Sequence record: SRR31156797_4070
Length of the DNA: 58,055 bases
Direction: 5' to 3' (one strand)
A model generated the notes under the pieces. The model was not told where the DNA came from, searched no databases, and saw nothing but the letters and a program-made list of their open reading frames with translations. A program made the position numbers and the translations under genes. The first letter of the stretch is position 1, and each line of letters opens with the position of its first letter. Positions 30,036 to 40,989 of this stretch are shown piece after piece.

Positions 30036-31103
30036 ATGTTTACAGATAAATTAAAATCAATAAAAGCATCCTACAATGAGCTGAATCAGTTCCTCTCTCA
30101 GCCAGATGCAATGGATGACCAAAACAAATGGAGAGAATCCCTAAAAAAGCAGGCTGAGTTAGCTCCTATTGTTGAGAAAATAGATGAATACTTAAAAGCG
30201 TTATCTGACATGGAGGAAGTAAATGAAATGCTCTCTTCATCTGATTCTGAGATGGTGGAATTAGCCAAGAGTGAGCTTCAGCCGCTAAAGAAGCTAATAG
30301 CAGAACTAGAAAATGAAATCAAAATGGAGCTGATACCAAAAGATGTAAATGACGATAAAAATGTGGTATTGGAAATACGTGCAGGTACAGGCGGTGAGGA
30401 GGCAGCTCTGTTCGGTGCAGTCTTGATGCGTATGTATTCATATTATGCTGATAAAATGGGCTGGAACACAGAGATCACTGACATCTCAGATACTGATATC
30501 GGAGGCGTGAAGGAAGCTACAATTCTAATATCAGGCAAGAATGTATACTCCCGCTTAAAATTTGAATCTGGATCTCATAGAGTTCAAAGAGTACCAGAAA
30601 CTGAATCAGGAGGCAGAATACACACCTCTGCGGCAACAGTTGTAATTATGCCTGAAGCAGAAGAAATTGATTATGAAATCAATCAGGGAGATTTGCGTAT
30701 AGATACCTACAGAGCATCAGGTGCAGGCGGACAGCACGTCAACAAGACTTCATCAGCTATCCGCATTACCCATGAACCAACTGGCATTGTGGTAACCTGT
30801 CAGGATGAAAAATCTCAGACAAAGAACAAAGCTAAAGCTATGCGTGTTCTAAAAACCCGTATATTTGATATGCTGGAATCTGAGAAATCACAGGAACGTG
30901 CACAAGAGCGAAAGGGATTGGTCGGTTCAGGAGACCGCTCAGGACGTATCCGTACATATAATTATCCTCAGGGTCGTGTTACAGATCATAGGATTAACTT
31001 AACCTTATACAAACTGGACGCAGTTGTAAACGGTGAACTGGACGAAATCATTGAACCATTAATCATAGAAGACAGACAAAGCAGAATGGAAGCGTCTGAG
31101 TAA
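30036..31103 (+). CDS. prfA: Peptide chain release factor 1
   Basis: GGQ motif, PET anticodon-like motif, RTYNYPQGR. Confidence 0.97.
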   Translation: MFTDKLKSIKASYNELNQFLSQPDAMDDQNKWRESLKKQAELAPIVEKIDEYLKALSDMEEVNEMLSSSDSEMVELAKSELQPLKKLIAELENEIKMELIPKDVNDDKNVVLEIRAGTGGEEAALFGAVLMRMYSYYADKMGWNTEITDISDTDIGGVKEATILISGKNVYSRLKFESGSHRVQRVPETESGGRIHTSAATVVIMPEAEEIDYEINQGDLRIDTYRASGAGGQHVNKTSSAIRITHEPTGIVVTCQDEKSQTKNKAKAMRVLKTRIFDMLESEKSQERAQERKGLVGSGDRSGRIRTYNYPQGRVTDHRINLTLYKLDAVVNGELDEIIEPLIIEDRQSRMEASE

Positions 31104-31185
31104 ATAATATAATATGCAAAATTGGTGATTGTATAGTAAAATAAGCGAAAATATCATAATATTATCAAAGTTTCATTAATATAAC

Positions 31186-31214
31186 TTGATTCGATATACG
31201 TTTCCTGCTATTAT
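31186..31214 (+). promoter_or_regulatory. Sigma-A promoter upstream of abrB leader
   Basis: TTGATT-17nt-TATTAT with extended TG. Confidence 0.5.
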
Positions 31215-31492
31215 ACTAGTGTAGATGTCAAAGCAATCACCTAGTTCATATTATTGTTTTGATAACACTTATTAACACATTATACTAAAACAATTTATTT
31301 ACATATAAATTCAAATCAGTTCTGCGCTAGATTATTTTGAAAAAGCTATTTAATGTAAATTTTTCTATATTTTAAAATATTATATTACTATTTACAATTT
31401 GTTCATGTATTATTCATTTTAATCTATTCACATGTGTTATAATCTTATTTAGCTAATATATAAGTAATATGGTAAAGGAAGGAAAAATTAAT

Positions 31493-31729
31493 ATGAAATC
31501 CACCGGAATTGTACGTAAAGTTGACGAACTGGGTAGAGTAGTTATCCCAATCGAATTGCGCAGAACATTAGGCATCGAAATTAAAGATCCATTAGAGATA
31601 TATGTTGAGGGTGAACACATCATCTTCAAGAAGTATGAGCCTGCTTGTGTTTTCTGCGGCTATGCACGTAATTTGCAAAACCTTAATGGCAAAAACATAT
31701 GCCAAAACTGTGTAGATAAATTAAAATAA
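31493..31729 (+). CDS. abrB: AbrB-family transition-state regulator
   Basis: MKSTGIVRKVDELGRVVIPIELRR, C-terminal CxxC...CxxC. Confidence 0.93.
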   Translation: MKSTGIVRKVDELGRVVIPIELRRTLGIEIKDPLEIYVEGEHIIFKKYEPACVFCGYARNLQNLNGKNICQNCVDKLK

Positions 31730-31750
31730 ATCTTTACATTAATTCAGTAT

Positions 31751-31784
31751 AAAAATGAGCTTTGATGATTCACAGCTCATTTTT
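31751..31784 (+). terminator. Intrinsic terminator after abrB
   Basis: AAAAATGAGCT...AGCTCATTTTT. Confidence 0.75.
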
Positions 31785-32105
31785 ATTGTCTATATTTAGT
31801 TCAATCTTGATGTAAACCAAATAATTACATAATAAAGCCTGCTAAAGGTATTTCCTGTTAGCTTATCTAATATATTTAACTATAAGTCGTGGATACCATT
31901 GATTTTATCGATGAAAATTATATTTACGATATAGCTTTAATGAAGAAAACAGAAGCTAAGTATACCAAAATATAAATACAAACCATATCATTATGAGACA
32001 TTTAACAGAATTTGTATGCCTCATTCTTCATACTAATGTAAATAAAATTATGCTATAATACCTTACGTAGTTACCTATCATTTTACTTAAAAAAGGAGAA
32101 TTAAT

Positions 32106-33875
32106 ATGAAGTTATTCAAAAACATAAATATCAGACAAAACTCTTTGCAAGTACTCAAAAAGTATCCATTGGTTCTATCATGCTTTTTTGCTGTAGGTAT
32201 CCTAAGTATATATCTGAATCATGCAAATAATTTGAATGTGGAGTCAATAAATACTGTAGTCAAGATTATGCTTTGCATCGGACTCTTTGGTGCCAATGCA
32301 CTAATCTTTAACGCTCTTAGCAATAGATATGAGGGCTTTACCAAGCCTATTCACATAGCTGCCATAGCTGTCAGTGCTCTGGCATGCTTCGGGTATTATT
32401 TTACATTGAATATAGATTCAGAATATACTCTTATTAGGACTGGCATCATTTTCTTTGCTCAGGGTCTAATCTACATCAGTGCTCCTTTTGTTATGGCAGA
32501 TAGAAAAACTGAACATTTCTTCAACTTAATTGTAGGCAGACTGATAATCACTATGGCAATGTTTTTGGTAACTTGGGGTGGTATTTCTGGAATACTTTAT
32601 GCTTTGGAGGAGCTTTTCTTGCTATACATTCCAAATGAATTATATTTAGATGTTCCAACTGTATTAGCCACCACCTTTGTACCTATGGTCTGGCTCTTTG
32701 GTATACGATATGATATCGAACCAAAGACAACCAAGCTGTACAGACTGCTTCTGGTCTATGTCTGCATGTCACTTCTTATCGCATATACTCTGGTTGTATA
32801 CGGCTATATTCTAAAGATAGTTTTTAACGGGTTTAGAATGCCCAGCTCTATTATCTGCAATCTGGTGCTGTGGTATTCATTAGTAGGCATGGCAGTGTAT
32901 TATCTGTCTAGAAGCTATTCAGAGGAAGGTTACGGCAAATTCTTTACCACATGGTATCCTAGAGCTTCTGTGCTACCATTAGTAATTATGTTTATCTCCT
33001 TATTTATACGTGTTAACCAGTATGGCTATACAATAAACAGAATGTATATGCTGCTAGGCGGTATATATCTGGCACTTATGACTATCTATATTCTATACAC
33101 TCAACTGTTAAAGAAAAACATGCGATTTATAGTTATGCCATTGGCAATGGCATTAATAGAACTGCTGAGTATAATAGAACCGGTATCAGCAAATACACTG
33201 GCTCTGAAATCTCAGCAGAATGAGCTGCAAAACATTGTGACAAAGTATACACTTGGTGATGACTTTGACACAAGTACTATGAGTGACGCAGATGTAATAA
33301 GAGCGCAGAATATTATCAGGTACATCGGCAATATAACAGAAAATAAATACCCTCGTACATATGAATATGTCAAATGCTTAAGTCCAGACGAATCAACTGC
33401 CATATTGGAAGATCATCGCTATATTGAGAAAGAATACTATTACGATGATGACGGCTGGCGTTATGATTCTAAATATCTGGACATAGTATATTTTGAGATT
33501 GATGATTATAAATACGTGGCGGAATTTCATTCATATAACTATGAAATTGAAATTGATGATCTGAAAATCCAAGCTAATACTACACAAAGAGATGAAATAG
33601 ATGCGAAAGATAACTATTACGAAAATAGCGAAACTACAATAGTTACAGTATCAAAGGACGATGAAGTAATAGAAGAAATTAATTTATCACTACTTTATGC
33701 AGATAGAATGTTAGCAAAAGGAACTCAATTCGGAGTATCCGATGATGACTTTGTAGTTGAAGCACAAGCGGGTGAATATTCGTTTAAATTCATTATACAA
33801 AGCATAGACTATATGGAGTCAAATACAGGAGACGTCAGAGTCAATCATCTTCAGGGATATATGCTGGTAAAGTAG
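32106..33875 (+). CDS. DUF4153-family membrane protein
   Basis: About 10 TMs, RVNQYGYTINR motif, SQ motif before acidic extracellular domain. Confidence 0.75.
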   Translation: MKLFKNINIRQNSLQVLKKYPLVLSCFFAVGILSIYLNHANNLNVESINTVVKIMLCIGLFGANALIFNALSNRYEGFTKPIHIAAIAVSALACFGYYFTLNIDSEYTLIRTGIIFFAQGLIYISAPFVMADRKTEHFFNLIVGRLIITMAMFLVTWGGISGILYALEELFLLYIPNELYLDVPTVLATTFVPMVWLFGIRYDIEPKTTKLYRLLLVYVCMSLLIAYTLVVYGYILKIVFNGFRMPSSIICNLVLWYSLVGMAVYYLSRSYSEEGYGKFFTTWYPRASVLPLVIMFISLFIRVNQYGYTINRMYMLLGGIYLALMTIYILYTQLLKKNMRFIVMPLAMALIELLSIIEPVSANTLALKSQQNELQNIVTKYTLGDDFDTSTMSDADVIRAQNIIRYIGNITENKYPRTYEYVKCLSPDESTAILEDHRYIEKEYYYDDDGWRYDSKYLDIVYFEIDDYKYVAEFHSYNYEIEIDDLKIQANTTQRDEIDAKDNYYENSETTIVTVSKDDEVIEEINLSLLYADRMLAKGTQFGVSDDDFVVEAQAGEYSFKFIIQSIDYMESNTGDVRVNHLQGYMLVK

Positions 33876-33904
33876 TTTAATAAATACTATACACTTAGTT
33901 AATT

Positions 33905-33932
33905 AAAGGAGCACTTATTGTGCTTCTTTTTT
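33905..33932 (+). terminator. Intrinsic terminator after DUF4153 gene
   Basis: AAGGAGCAC-ttatt-GTGCTTCTT-TTT. Confidence 0.75.
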
Positions 33933-34086
33933 ATAACTAATCCTTTAATAAATATGACATAAACTGCTAATACTAAAAATAAAAGAGAAATTTATATGAA
34001 AATATTACTTTTTGTCCTACGTTACTACATGTTTTTTAAAGCACTAAAGCTAAAATATTTTTCCAAAAATTTTCACTCAAATTGTC

Positions 34087-34116
34087 GTATTAAGGATACT
34101 GCCGTCGGAAAGACTA
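34087..34116 (+). promoter_or_regulatory. Putative SigF/SigG-type promoter of azoreductase
   Basis: GTATT-15nt-GGAAAGACTA, about 30 nt before start codon. Confidence 0.45.
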
Positions 34117-34147
34117 AAACCGATAAACTTTATTTTAGGAGAAAAAC

Positions 34148-34792
34148 ATGAAATTACTATATATAAGTGCAAATCCCAAAAACGAGGCTGATTCATCCTG
34201 TAAGTCTGCCGCAAGGCGTATGATAGATAAGTGTATCAGCAGTATGCCGGATTTGGAAGTCGAGGAAATGGACCTATACAATGAGGATATACCAGAAGTT
34301 GACTTCAATATATTTACTCACCGTGCAATGGTAAAGACAATCGCTGCTAATCCAGAGCTGACAGGACAGGATATTGCAAAAATAAACCGCATTAATTTCC
34401 TTGTAGAGCAGTTCTTATCTGCTGACAGGTACATAATCGCAGCACCAATGTGGTCGCTCCTCTTTCCAGGCAGATTAAAAAACTATATTGACTGCATTGT
34501 CCAAAACAATAAGACAATTGTAATAAATGAGGAATGTACGAAAGGTCTATTGGATGATAAAGACAGAAGAATGATATATATCCAGTCCAGCGGCGGTGCG
34601 TATTCCGGACTTATCACATCACGTTATGACTTTGGCACAGACTATATTCAGATGTTATTTACCTTCCTTGGCATCAAATACTTCAAGAATATTCCTGTGG
34701 ATGATACAGGTATACACAATCAACGTGTTGCTCGTGCAATGCTTAAAGCAGAGGACGAAATCAATCATACAGTCTATTCTTTCCTTAGCTGA
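34148..34792 (+). CDS. azoR: FMN-dependent NADH-azoreductase / flavodoxin-like quinone reductase
   Basis: KLLYISANPK, AAPMWSL, LKNYID, IQSSGG. Confidence 0.85.
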   Translation: MKLLYISANPKNEADSSCKSAARRMIDKCISSMPDLEVEEMDLYNEDIPEVDFNIFTHRAMVKTIAANPELTGQDIAKINRINFLVEQFLSADRYIIAAPMWSLLFPGRLKNYIDCIVQNNKTIVINEECTKGLLDDKDRRMIYIQSSGGAYSGLITSRYDFGTDYIQMLFTFLGIKYFKNIPVDDTGIHNQRVARAMLKAEDEINHTVYSFLS

Positions 34793-35693
34793 TATTAATT
34801 ATAAATACCCATATTGGGATTGTAATAAGTCCCAGTATGGTGGATATTGCAACGACTGATGCAGAGTACTTGGAGTCGCCGTTATAGCTTGTTGCAAATA
34901 GCACAGTATTTGTAGCAGCAGGCATTCCTGACAGGAGCACTGCACATACAAATGGCATGTTTTTTGGCAAACCTAGTAAACTTAGCACACCAAATACTGC
35001 AGCTGGTATAACAATCAGCCTAATAAAACTAACGATATATGTATTCTTATCCTTCAAAGCTTCTATGGGGTGAGTTTCGGACAAAAATGCACCAATAATC
35101 AGCATAGCCATAGGTGCAGTCATTCCGCCTATCATGCCAAATGCATTGAGCAAAAAGTATGGAAGTTCTATTTTCAATAGAAACAACAGTAATCCAATGA
35201 TAATTCCTACAAAGCCAGGATGCTTGAAAGGTTCGTACCATTTATTGCTTTTACCAGTAAATATCCATATCCCTACTGTAAACAGATAGATATTAAAAAT
35301 CATAGCGTAAATACCAGCAAATACCAAAGCCTCAGTGCCTAGTATGCTCTCCAGCAGCGGATAACCGATAAATGCACAGTTCATAAGACCTGTAGCATAG
35401 ATTAGAACCTTCTTTCTTCTCTCTTTTTGTTTACGCCATATAATGAGTCCCAGCAATATGCCAATACCAATAGCAAACACTGCAACAACAGCCTCCAGAA
35501 CAAGACCATTAACAACTTCCTTAGAATAATCCAGCTGAAAAGATTTGATGATGTACATCGGAACAACTACCATAATAAGCATACTGGACATTTTCTGCCG
35601 AACCTCGTTGTTGAGTATTCCAATCTTAGCAAGCACAATACCTACCAGCATGATTATCACCAATGTTAACACCTGATTTATCAACGCTGTCAT
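34785..35693 (-). CDS. AEC (auxin efflux carrier) family transporter
   Basis: NCAFIGYP, PMAMLIIG, MPAA motifs, about 10 TMs. Confidence 0.88.
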   Translation of the reverse strand: MTALINQVLTLVIIMLVGIVLAKIGILNNEVRQKMSSMLIMVVVPMYIIKSFQLDYSKEVVNGLVLEAVVAVFAIGIGILLGLIIWRKQKERRKKVLIYATGLMNCAFIGYPLLESILGTEALVFAGIYAMIFNIYLFTVGIWIFTGKSNKWYEPFKHPGFVGIIIGLLLFLLKIELPYFLLNAFGMIGGMTAPMAMLIIGAFLSETHPIEALKDKNTYIVSFIRLIVIPAAVFGVLSLLGLPKNMPFVCAVLLSGMPAATNTVLFATSYNGDSKYSASVVAISTILGLITIPIWVFIINIS

Positions 35694-35844
35694 TAATTCA
35701 ATTTCCTTTTATAATTTATTTGCATCTGTATGTGTTTAATTTTGTGTTATTATAGCATAGATTGTATATAAGTGTTAGCATTATAAATATTCAAGGCAGA
35801 AATTGTATCTTGAATAATAATGGGTAAGTATTTATAGTATAACC

Positions 35845-36930
35845 ATGGTTAAAAAAACATATACTGTGCTAGTAATAGGTATTCTATGTTACGCAGAACA
35901 TGCAAAGCATAAGATTTCTGACGCAATTCAGAAAATAAAATATCGGATACAAAAATTATGGTGGATGCTGCTTGACAAAATAAGGCAAATATACATTTAC
36001 ATTCGTCAAACAGCTATACCAAGTATCAAAAATATCCTTGCATTTCTTGCTAAAAGTATTAAGGCGGTTTCAAAGACTATATACCCCAATACCAAAAACA
36101 AACTAATCGCTCTGAAAGTAGAATACCAAAAACTTGATAAAGTTGGTATCTTGATGAAAGCACAAAAAATTATTGTAATAATTTCAATCATGCTTTTTGC
36201 AGGAGCAATCGGACTGCTAAGCCACAGAGGAATGAACCTTATTAATCAGTTAAGATCAGAAATCAAAATAGAAAATATTCATACAGAAACACAGCCTGTA
36301 ATCCTAATCAACAGTGAAATCCCTATAAATTCAGTAATCGATCCTACTATAACTGCAAAGGTTAAATTCTCCGCAATCCCACCTAAATTCATCAATCTGC
36401 TTAAAGCTAATGAAGATACAGTAGGCTGGTTAAAAATTGATAATACAAAAATTGACCACGTAGTTATACAGGGGGATGATAATATATTTTATAAGGAGCA
36501 TGATTATTTCGGCAGCAAGTCAGTCTCTGTATCAATGATGCTGGATAGTCAATGTGATATTGAAAACATAAAATACCACTATGTCATTTATGGTCATAGA
36601 ATGAAGTCAGGCACAATGATGAGCGATATTCTAAAGTACGAAGACGAGGATTTCTTTAATGACAATCGCATAATCTCTTTTGATACAATATATCAGAATT
36701 TAGATTGGGAAATCTTTTCTACCTACTTAAAGTCATATGAGTATGATAATACCCGTATAATTTTCTTTAGCGATAGTGAATGGTTGGAATACATCCAAAG
36801 ACTGCAAAGCCAAAGCATCCACAAAACAAATATTGAGCTATCATCAGATGATGTGGTGCTGACACTCTATATCTGCGACTACCGCATAGCCGGAGGCAGA
36901 TATGTGGTACATGCCAGGTTAGTAAAATAA
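35845..36930 (+). CDS. srtB: Class B sortase with long N-terminal extension
   Basis: NEDTVGWLKI, IYGHRM, LTLYIC, RYVVHA; start uncertain. Confidence 0.8.
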   Translation: MVKKTYTVLVIGILCYAEHAKHKISDAIQKIKYRIQKLWWMLLDKIRQIYIYIRQTAIPSIKNILAFLAKSIKAVSKTIYPNTKNKLIALKVEYQKLDKVGILMKAQKIIVIISIMLFAGAIGLLSHRGMNLINQLRSEIKIENIHTETQPVILINSEIPINSVIDPTITAKVKFSAIPPKFINLLKANEDTVGWLKIDNTKIDHVVIQGDDNIFYKEHDYFGSKSVSVSMMLDSQCDIENIKYHYVIYGHRMKSGTMMSDILKYEDEDFFNDNRIISFDTIYQNLDWEIFSTYLKSYEYDNTRIIFFSDSEWLEYIQRLQSQSIHKTNIELSSDDVVLTLYICDYRIAGGRYVVHARLVK

Positions 36931-37001
36931 CTGCTATAGACTCAGTTATTTAAAGTCAAATTACTTGACAGTACAATAAATGAGAATAGTTTCATAAAAA
37001 A

Positions 37002-37028
37002 ACAAGTCAACCTTAACGATTGACTTGT
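37002..37028. terminator. Hairpin between convergent srtB and lipoprotein genes
   Basis: ACAAGTCAA...TTGACTTGT with A-run on the left. Confidence 0.65.
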
Positions 37029-37055
37029 CAACATTTACTACACTAGAATTTAATA

Positions 37056-39197
37056 CTATTGCTCGCTATACTCAGTACCGCCCCACATTTTCTCAGCTAC
37101 TATCATAGTTGCCTCACGGTCATAAAAATATGTACCGTATAAAATATCAATACCAAATACATCATAAAGAGCATCTATCAGACTCACTTCATAGCTTTCA
37201 GTCATAGGGGCATCAATAGGTCGCTGCATATATTCAATTGTCGTATCAGGTACATTAATCTCATCAGGCAGCGATATCTCATATGAACCAGAATATTTAG
37301 ACTGACGGTTTCCTGCTACATACACTGTAATATCTACATAGGACTTTATGCCAAGATATGACTTTGATACCATACCCGGATATCTCTTTGCCGCAGGATC
37401 TTGCTCAATATCAATATTTAGTGTAAAATCAGCTTCCCTTACTACCTCTACACCTGCAGAAGATATAATCTTGCTGGTAATGTCATCATAATCAATATAT
37501 TGATCCTCTGTTACATCGTCCACCTCAACTTCATCTATATCAATATCTATTTCGTTGATTACAACACTGCTGCCTGATATCTTTAATTGAATCGGCAGTG
37601 CATCTGCCCCATAATAATGCATACACAGAGCCTGAAATACATTCTCTGTAGGGCTTTGACTAAATAGATATTCATAAAAATCATTATACAAACTATCCTC
37701 AGGTATCTTATCAATCAACTGATTTGCTGCTGAACGAGTAAACTCATCCTCTGATTTTAAATCCATAACTATTCTGTCGGCGTATGCCATATAGTCTAAA
37801 TCATCATAGGGGAAGTTAATATCCATATAAGTTGAGCTAAGAAGCGCATCCATTGCATATTGGCTGTCCTCTTCATTACCGTTTTTATATGTCTCCCATA
37901 CCAGTGATGGAAATTCTACATTGCTGCCCATTGCTAAAATGGTCAGTAAATTCTTTTTATCAATACCCTGGGACTCTCCAAGTATTGTGCTTAGCCTGTC
38001 ATAAACCACAGTATTATCTGAAGTCTTTGAAATATCCAATCCCATATCGCTAATGCTCTGGGTTGTTTTCAGCGCAATATTAAGCATTTCAGTATCTGTA
38101 CCAATAATAGACTGTGCAAGCTGACTAAGCGGAACATCACTTATTAACTGACCTGCCAGTTTATACAGCTGTGAATCTGAATCATCGCTTGATTCAACTG
38201 CCTTCACAATCTCCACAAAGCAATCATTGGCATAACCTGGGTCATCCAGTCCGATTGCCAGTGCTGCAACAATCTCATCCGTTGGGTTCTCAAGCACAAT
38301 TTCCAAAGGAATACTAATACCCAAGAGTTTAATATAGTTTTTCAGCAGCCGTTCAGTATTGTTCGCATTAATGCTGGTAGCACATTTATTAAATATCTCA
38401 CTGCAGGACTCGTCATTTGCCAATTGATAAAGCATAATTGCACCATATTCTTCATTGCCCTCGCCCTTTGCAACAGTATTTATTATGCTGTCAACAGCAG
38501 ATTCTTTGTTGTTAATAAGAACTCTATTAGCAATATCTGCAATTAATTCATCCTCCAGATTACTCTTGTTAAAAGCCGCCATTATCAGCGTATAAGAAAT
38601 ATCTTCTTCTGATAGAGATAGTATTTCTAAAGCTCTGTCGCTCATATCCTCATCAAAAACTAAAGGTAGAATATCAGTTTCAGCATAGTTGCCGTAATTA
38701 GCCAGTACGTAATTCACACATTCAGAATACACATCCTGATTTATAAGCGGTGCAATAGTTTTTATTACGATGGTATCCATTGTCAGTAACGCATTATAGC
38801 TAGGCTCTAGTCCTCCATCCAATGTACTAAGTGCTAATAGCTGCAATACCGCAGTGTTAGTATTATTCTGGGCAATAGCCTGCGCTAAATTTTCCTTACC
38901 TAGAGAAGCCAGCAAATCGTAATTGCTTCCTACCATGCGCACTCCATCTTCACCTAATAGCTTCAGTAGCGCTTTGGCATTTGCAGCGGTTGATCTGTTT
39001 GCAGAAGATAAGTTCTTTGCTAGATACGTTCCTACTAATAAGTCATTCTCCAGCAGCCATGCATGAGCATCCTCATCAAGACCGCCGCTATTTATATATG
39101 CTTTAGCTTGTCGTTTTATAAATCTGTCGCTGGAACAGCCTGCAAAAATCATAGCTGCAACCAAAATAACTGCCACAATTTTAATATATCTAAACAT
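37056..39197 (-). CDS. Large acidic lipoprotein, predicted alpha-helical (HEAT/ARM-like)
   Basis: Lipobox FAGC, AAGGAG RBS, Leu/Ala/Asp-rich helical pattern. Confidence 0.65.
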   Translation of the reverse strand: MFRYIKIVAVILVAAMIFAGCSSDRFIKRQAKAYINSGGLDEDAHAWLLENDLLVGTYLAKNLSSANRSTAANAKALLKLLGEDGVRMVGSNYDLLASLGKENLAQAIAQNNTNTAVLQLLALSTLDGGLEPSYNALLTMDTIVIKTIAPLINQDVYSECVNYVLANYGNYAETDILPLVFDEDMSDRALEILSLSEEDISYTLIMAAFNKSNLEDELIADIANRVLINNKESAVDSIINTVAKGEGNEEYGAIMLYQLANDESCSEIFNKCATSINANNTERLLKNYIKLLGISIPLEIVLENPTDEIVAALAIGLDDPGYANDCFVEIVKAVESSDDSDSQLYKLAGQLISDVPLSQLAQSIIGTDTEMLNIALKTTQSISDMGLDISKTSDNTVVYDRLSTILGESQGIDKKNLLTILAMGSNVEFPSLVWETYKNGNEEDSQYAMDALLSSTYMDINFPYDDLDYMAYADRIVMDLKSEDEFTRSAANQLIDKIPEDSLYNDFYEYLFSQSPTENVFQALCMHYYGADALPIQLKISGSSVVINEIDIDIDEVEVDDVTEDQYIDYDDITSKIISSAGVEVVREADFTLNIDIEQDPAAKRYPGMVSKSYLGIKSYVDITVYVAGNRQSKYSGSYEISLPDEINVPDTTIEYMQRPIDAPMTESYEVSLIDALYDVFGIDILYGTYFYDREATMIVAEKMWGGTEYSEQ

Positions 39198-39451
39198 AAA
39201 AGTTTTTCACTCCTTAAGTGATGCAGTAATACTATTTCATTTTTATAATTATAATCTTTACAGAAAACCACACCCATGAAAATTAATATCATTATACTTT
39301 ATTATGCTTATAATCTCAAGCTTTGGTATAGCAACAAAATATGTCACAAATAACAATACATTAGTTATAGGCAAATATTTATTCCTCTTGTGTATAATTC
39401 CTATAGAGCAAATATTATCATAAATAAGATAAAGGGAATTATTGATTAATT

Positions 39452-40861
39452 ATGAGAAAACATAAAAAAAGCACTATTATGCTATTCATGATTCTTACTG
39501 TGTTTACAGTAATTCTAACTGGATGTTCAAAAGATTCCGATACAACAATTACAGACTTAAGTAATGATGATATTATTGATTTTGAAATAAGTGCACGTTT
39601 TAGTCCTGATACTGCAGCAAGTGCTTGTCATGATTTTAAATATTGGATAACTTCATTCAGTATATACTGGGATCACCCTGATATTAAAGAGATAGAAGTT
39701 AAATATAATAACGGGGAGCATACATTTGATTCCTTTGCCCATACAATACCAACTGAATTTTCTGATGTGCTATTTGATATTACTGTAATAGCATACGGAA
39801 CAGATGGTAAAATAATTTCACAAAAGAAAATAGAAGATATCTATATTTCAAGGAATAAAAGCATATCAGAAATACCGAATAGTTCCAAATATGTTGTTGT
39901 CGTTAGGAACATAAGTAATTTTGACTTGAGAAGAATTTGCTGGAATAAAAATTTAACTGGGTTATATCTACTAAACGATTATAATTCACTGGATAATATT
40001 AACAGTATTAAGAAACTTAAAAAACTAAAGAAACTTTATATTGAAAGCAAAGAAGGGCTTGATGATATCAGTGTATTAGCGTCCCTTTCCAGTTTGGAGA
40101 TGTTAGATTTAAGTGACTGCGAATACATAACAGATTTGGATGCTCTAGAAAGTCTAGTACAGCTTAAGTCTCTTAATATGCACGGTTGTACATTTCTTAC
40201 ATTTATTAACGGTATTAAAAATCTGTATAACTTACGAAAACTGGATTTATCTGATTGTGAATATCTTTTGGATATAAGTGATTTATCTGAACTTTCTAAC
40301 CTTCAGAGCTTAAATCTAAGCAGTTGCAAAAATATTGACGATATTAATGCACTAGCTGGTATAGATTCTCTAAAGGAACTTGACATTAGTAATATACCAA
40401 CGTTGAGTGGACTAGGAAAAATAACTCAATTACAGAGCTTAACAGCAAGAGGAAATATTGACTTAATGGCTATATGTCAGATATCACAGCTCAAAAGGCT
40501 AGAGTACTTGGATTTAACATACAATCATACTATTTCTGGTGTAGATTTTTTGTCTAAGCTAACTAGTTTGGAAGAATTACATTTAGTTGATTGTAATAAC
40601 CTTACAAACATTAACGGGCTAACAGGTTTGACAAATCTTCAAGAATTGAATTTATGCTTCTGTAGAGAAATTACAGATATTAGTGCACTATCAAACCTTA
40701 CAAACCTGAGTAAATTGGTTTTAGACTATTGTGAGAGTATTACTGATGTTAGTGCACTATCAAACCTTACAAATCTTGAGTACTTATGGTTATATGGATG
40801 TACCAGTATTGATGATTATTCACCACTTGATGATTTAGAAAATACCAAAATAAGTAAATAG
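39452..40861 (+). CDS. Leucine-rich-repeat lipoprotein
   Basis: Lipobox LTGC; multiple LxxLxxLxLxxCxxIxDIxxL repeats of about 23 aa. Confidence 0.88.
   Translation: MRKHKKSTIMLFMILTVFTVILTGCSKDSDTTITDLSNDDIIDFEISARFSPDTAASACHDFKYWITSFSIYWDHPDIKEIEVKYNNGEHTFDSFAHTIPTEFSDVLFDITVIAYGTDGKIISQKKIEDIYISRNKSISEIPNSSKYVVVVRNISNFDLRRICWNKNLTGLYLLNDYNSLDNINSIKKLKKLKKLYIESKEGLDDISVLASLSSLEMLDLSDCEYITDLDALESLVQLKSLNMHGCTFLTFINGIKNLYNLRKLDLSDCEYLLDISDLSELSNLQSLNLSSCKNIDDINALAGIDSLKELDISNIPTLSGLGKITQLQSLTARGNIDLMAICQISQLKRLEYLDLTYNHTISGVDFLSKLTSLEELHLVDCNNLTNINGLTGLTNLQELNLCFCREITDISALSNLTNLSKLVLDYCESITDVSALSNLTNLEYLWLYGCTSIDDYSPLDDLENTKISK
40682..40773 (+). repeat. Direct DNA repeat between adjacent LRR units
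   Basis: AGTGCACTATCAAACCTTACAAA at 40682 and 40751 (69-nt period). Confidence 0.85.
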
Positions 40862-40910
40862 ATTTGAATTGTGTTTAAATTATAATGCCATATAATATAT
40901 TTTTATAAAT

Positions 40911-40989
40911 AAACCCCACAGCAAATATTCCCTATATGCTGCGGGGTTTGTAGCATTAAAGTATTTAAGGTGAATAAATACTTTAATGC
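40911..40989. terminator. Two tandem hairpins between convergent LRR gene and corA
   Basis: AAACCCC...GGGGTTT (40911-40949) and perfect 15-bp GCATTAAAGTATTTA/TAAATACTTTAATGC (40953-40989). Confidence 0.65.

Noticed and set aside
34081-34130. Possible c-di-GMP riboswitch before azoR (GGAAAGAC)
   Set aside because: No GGCAAA/GCAAAG P1-P2 architecture; better explained as a SigF-like promoter
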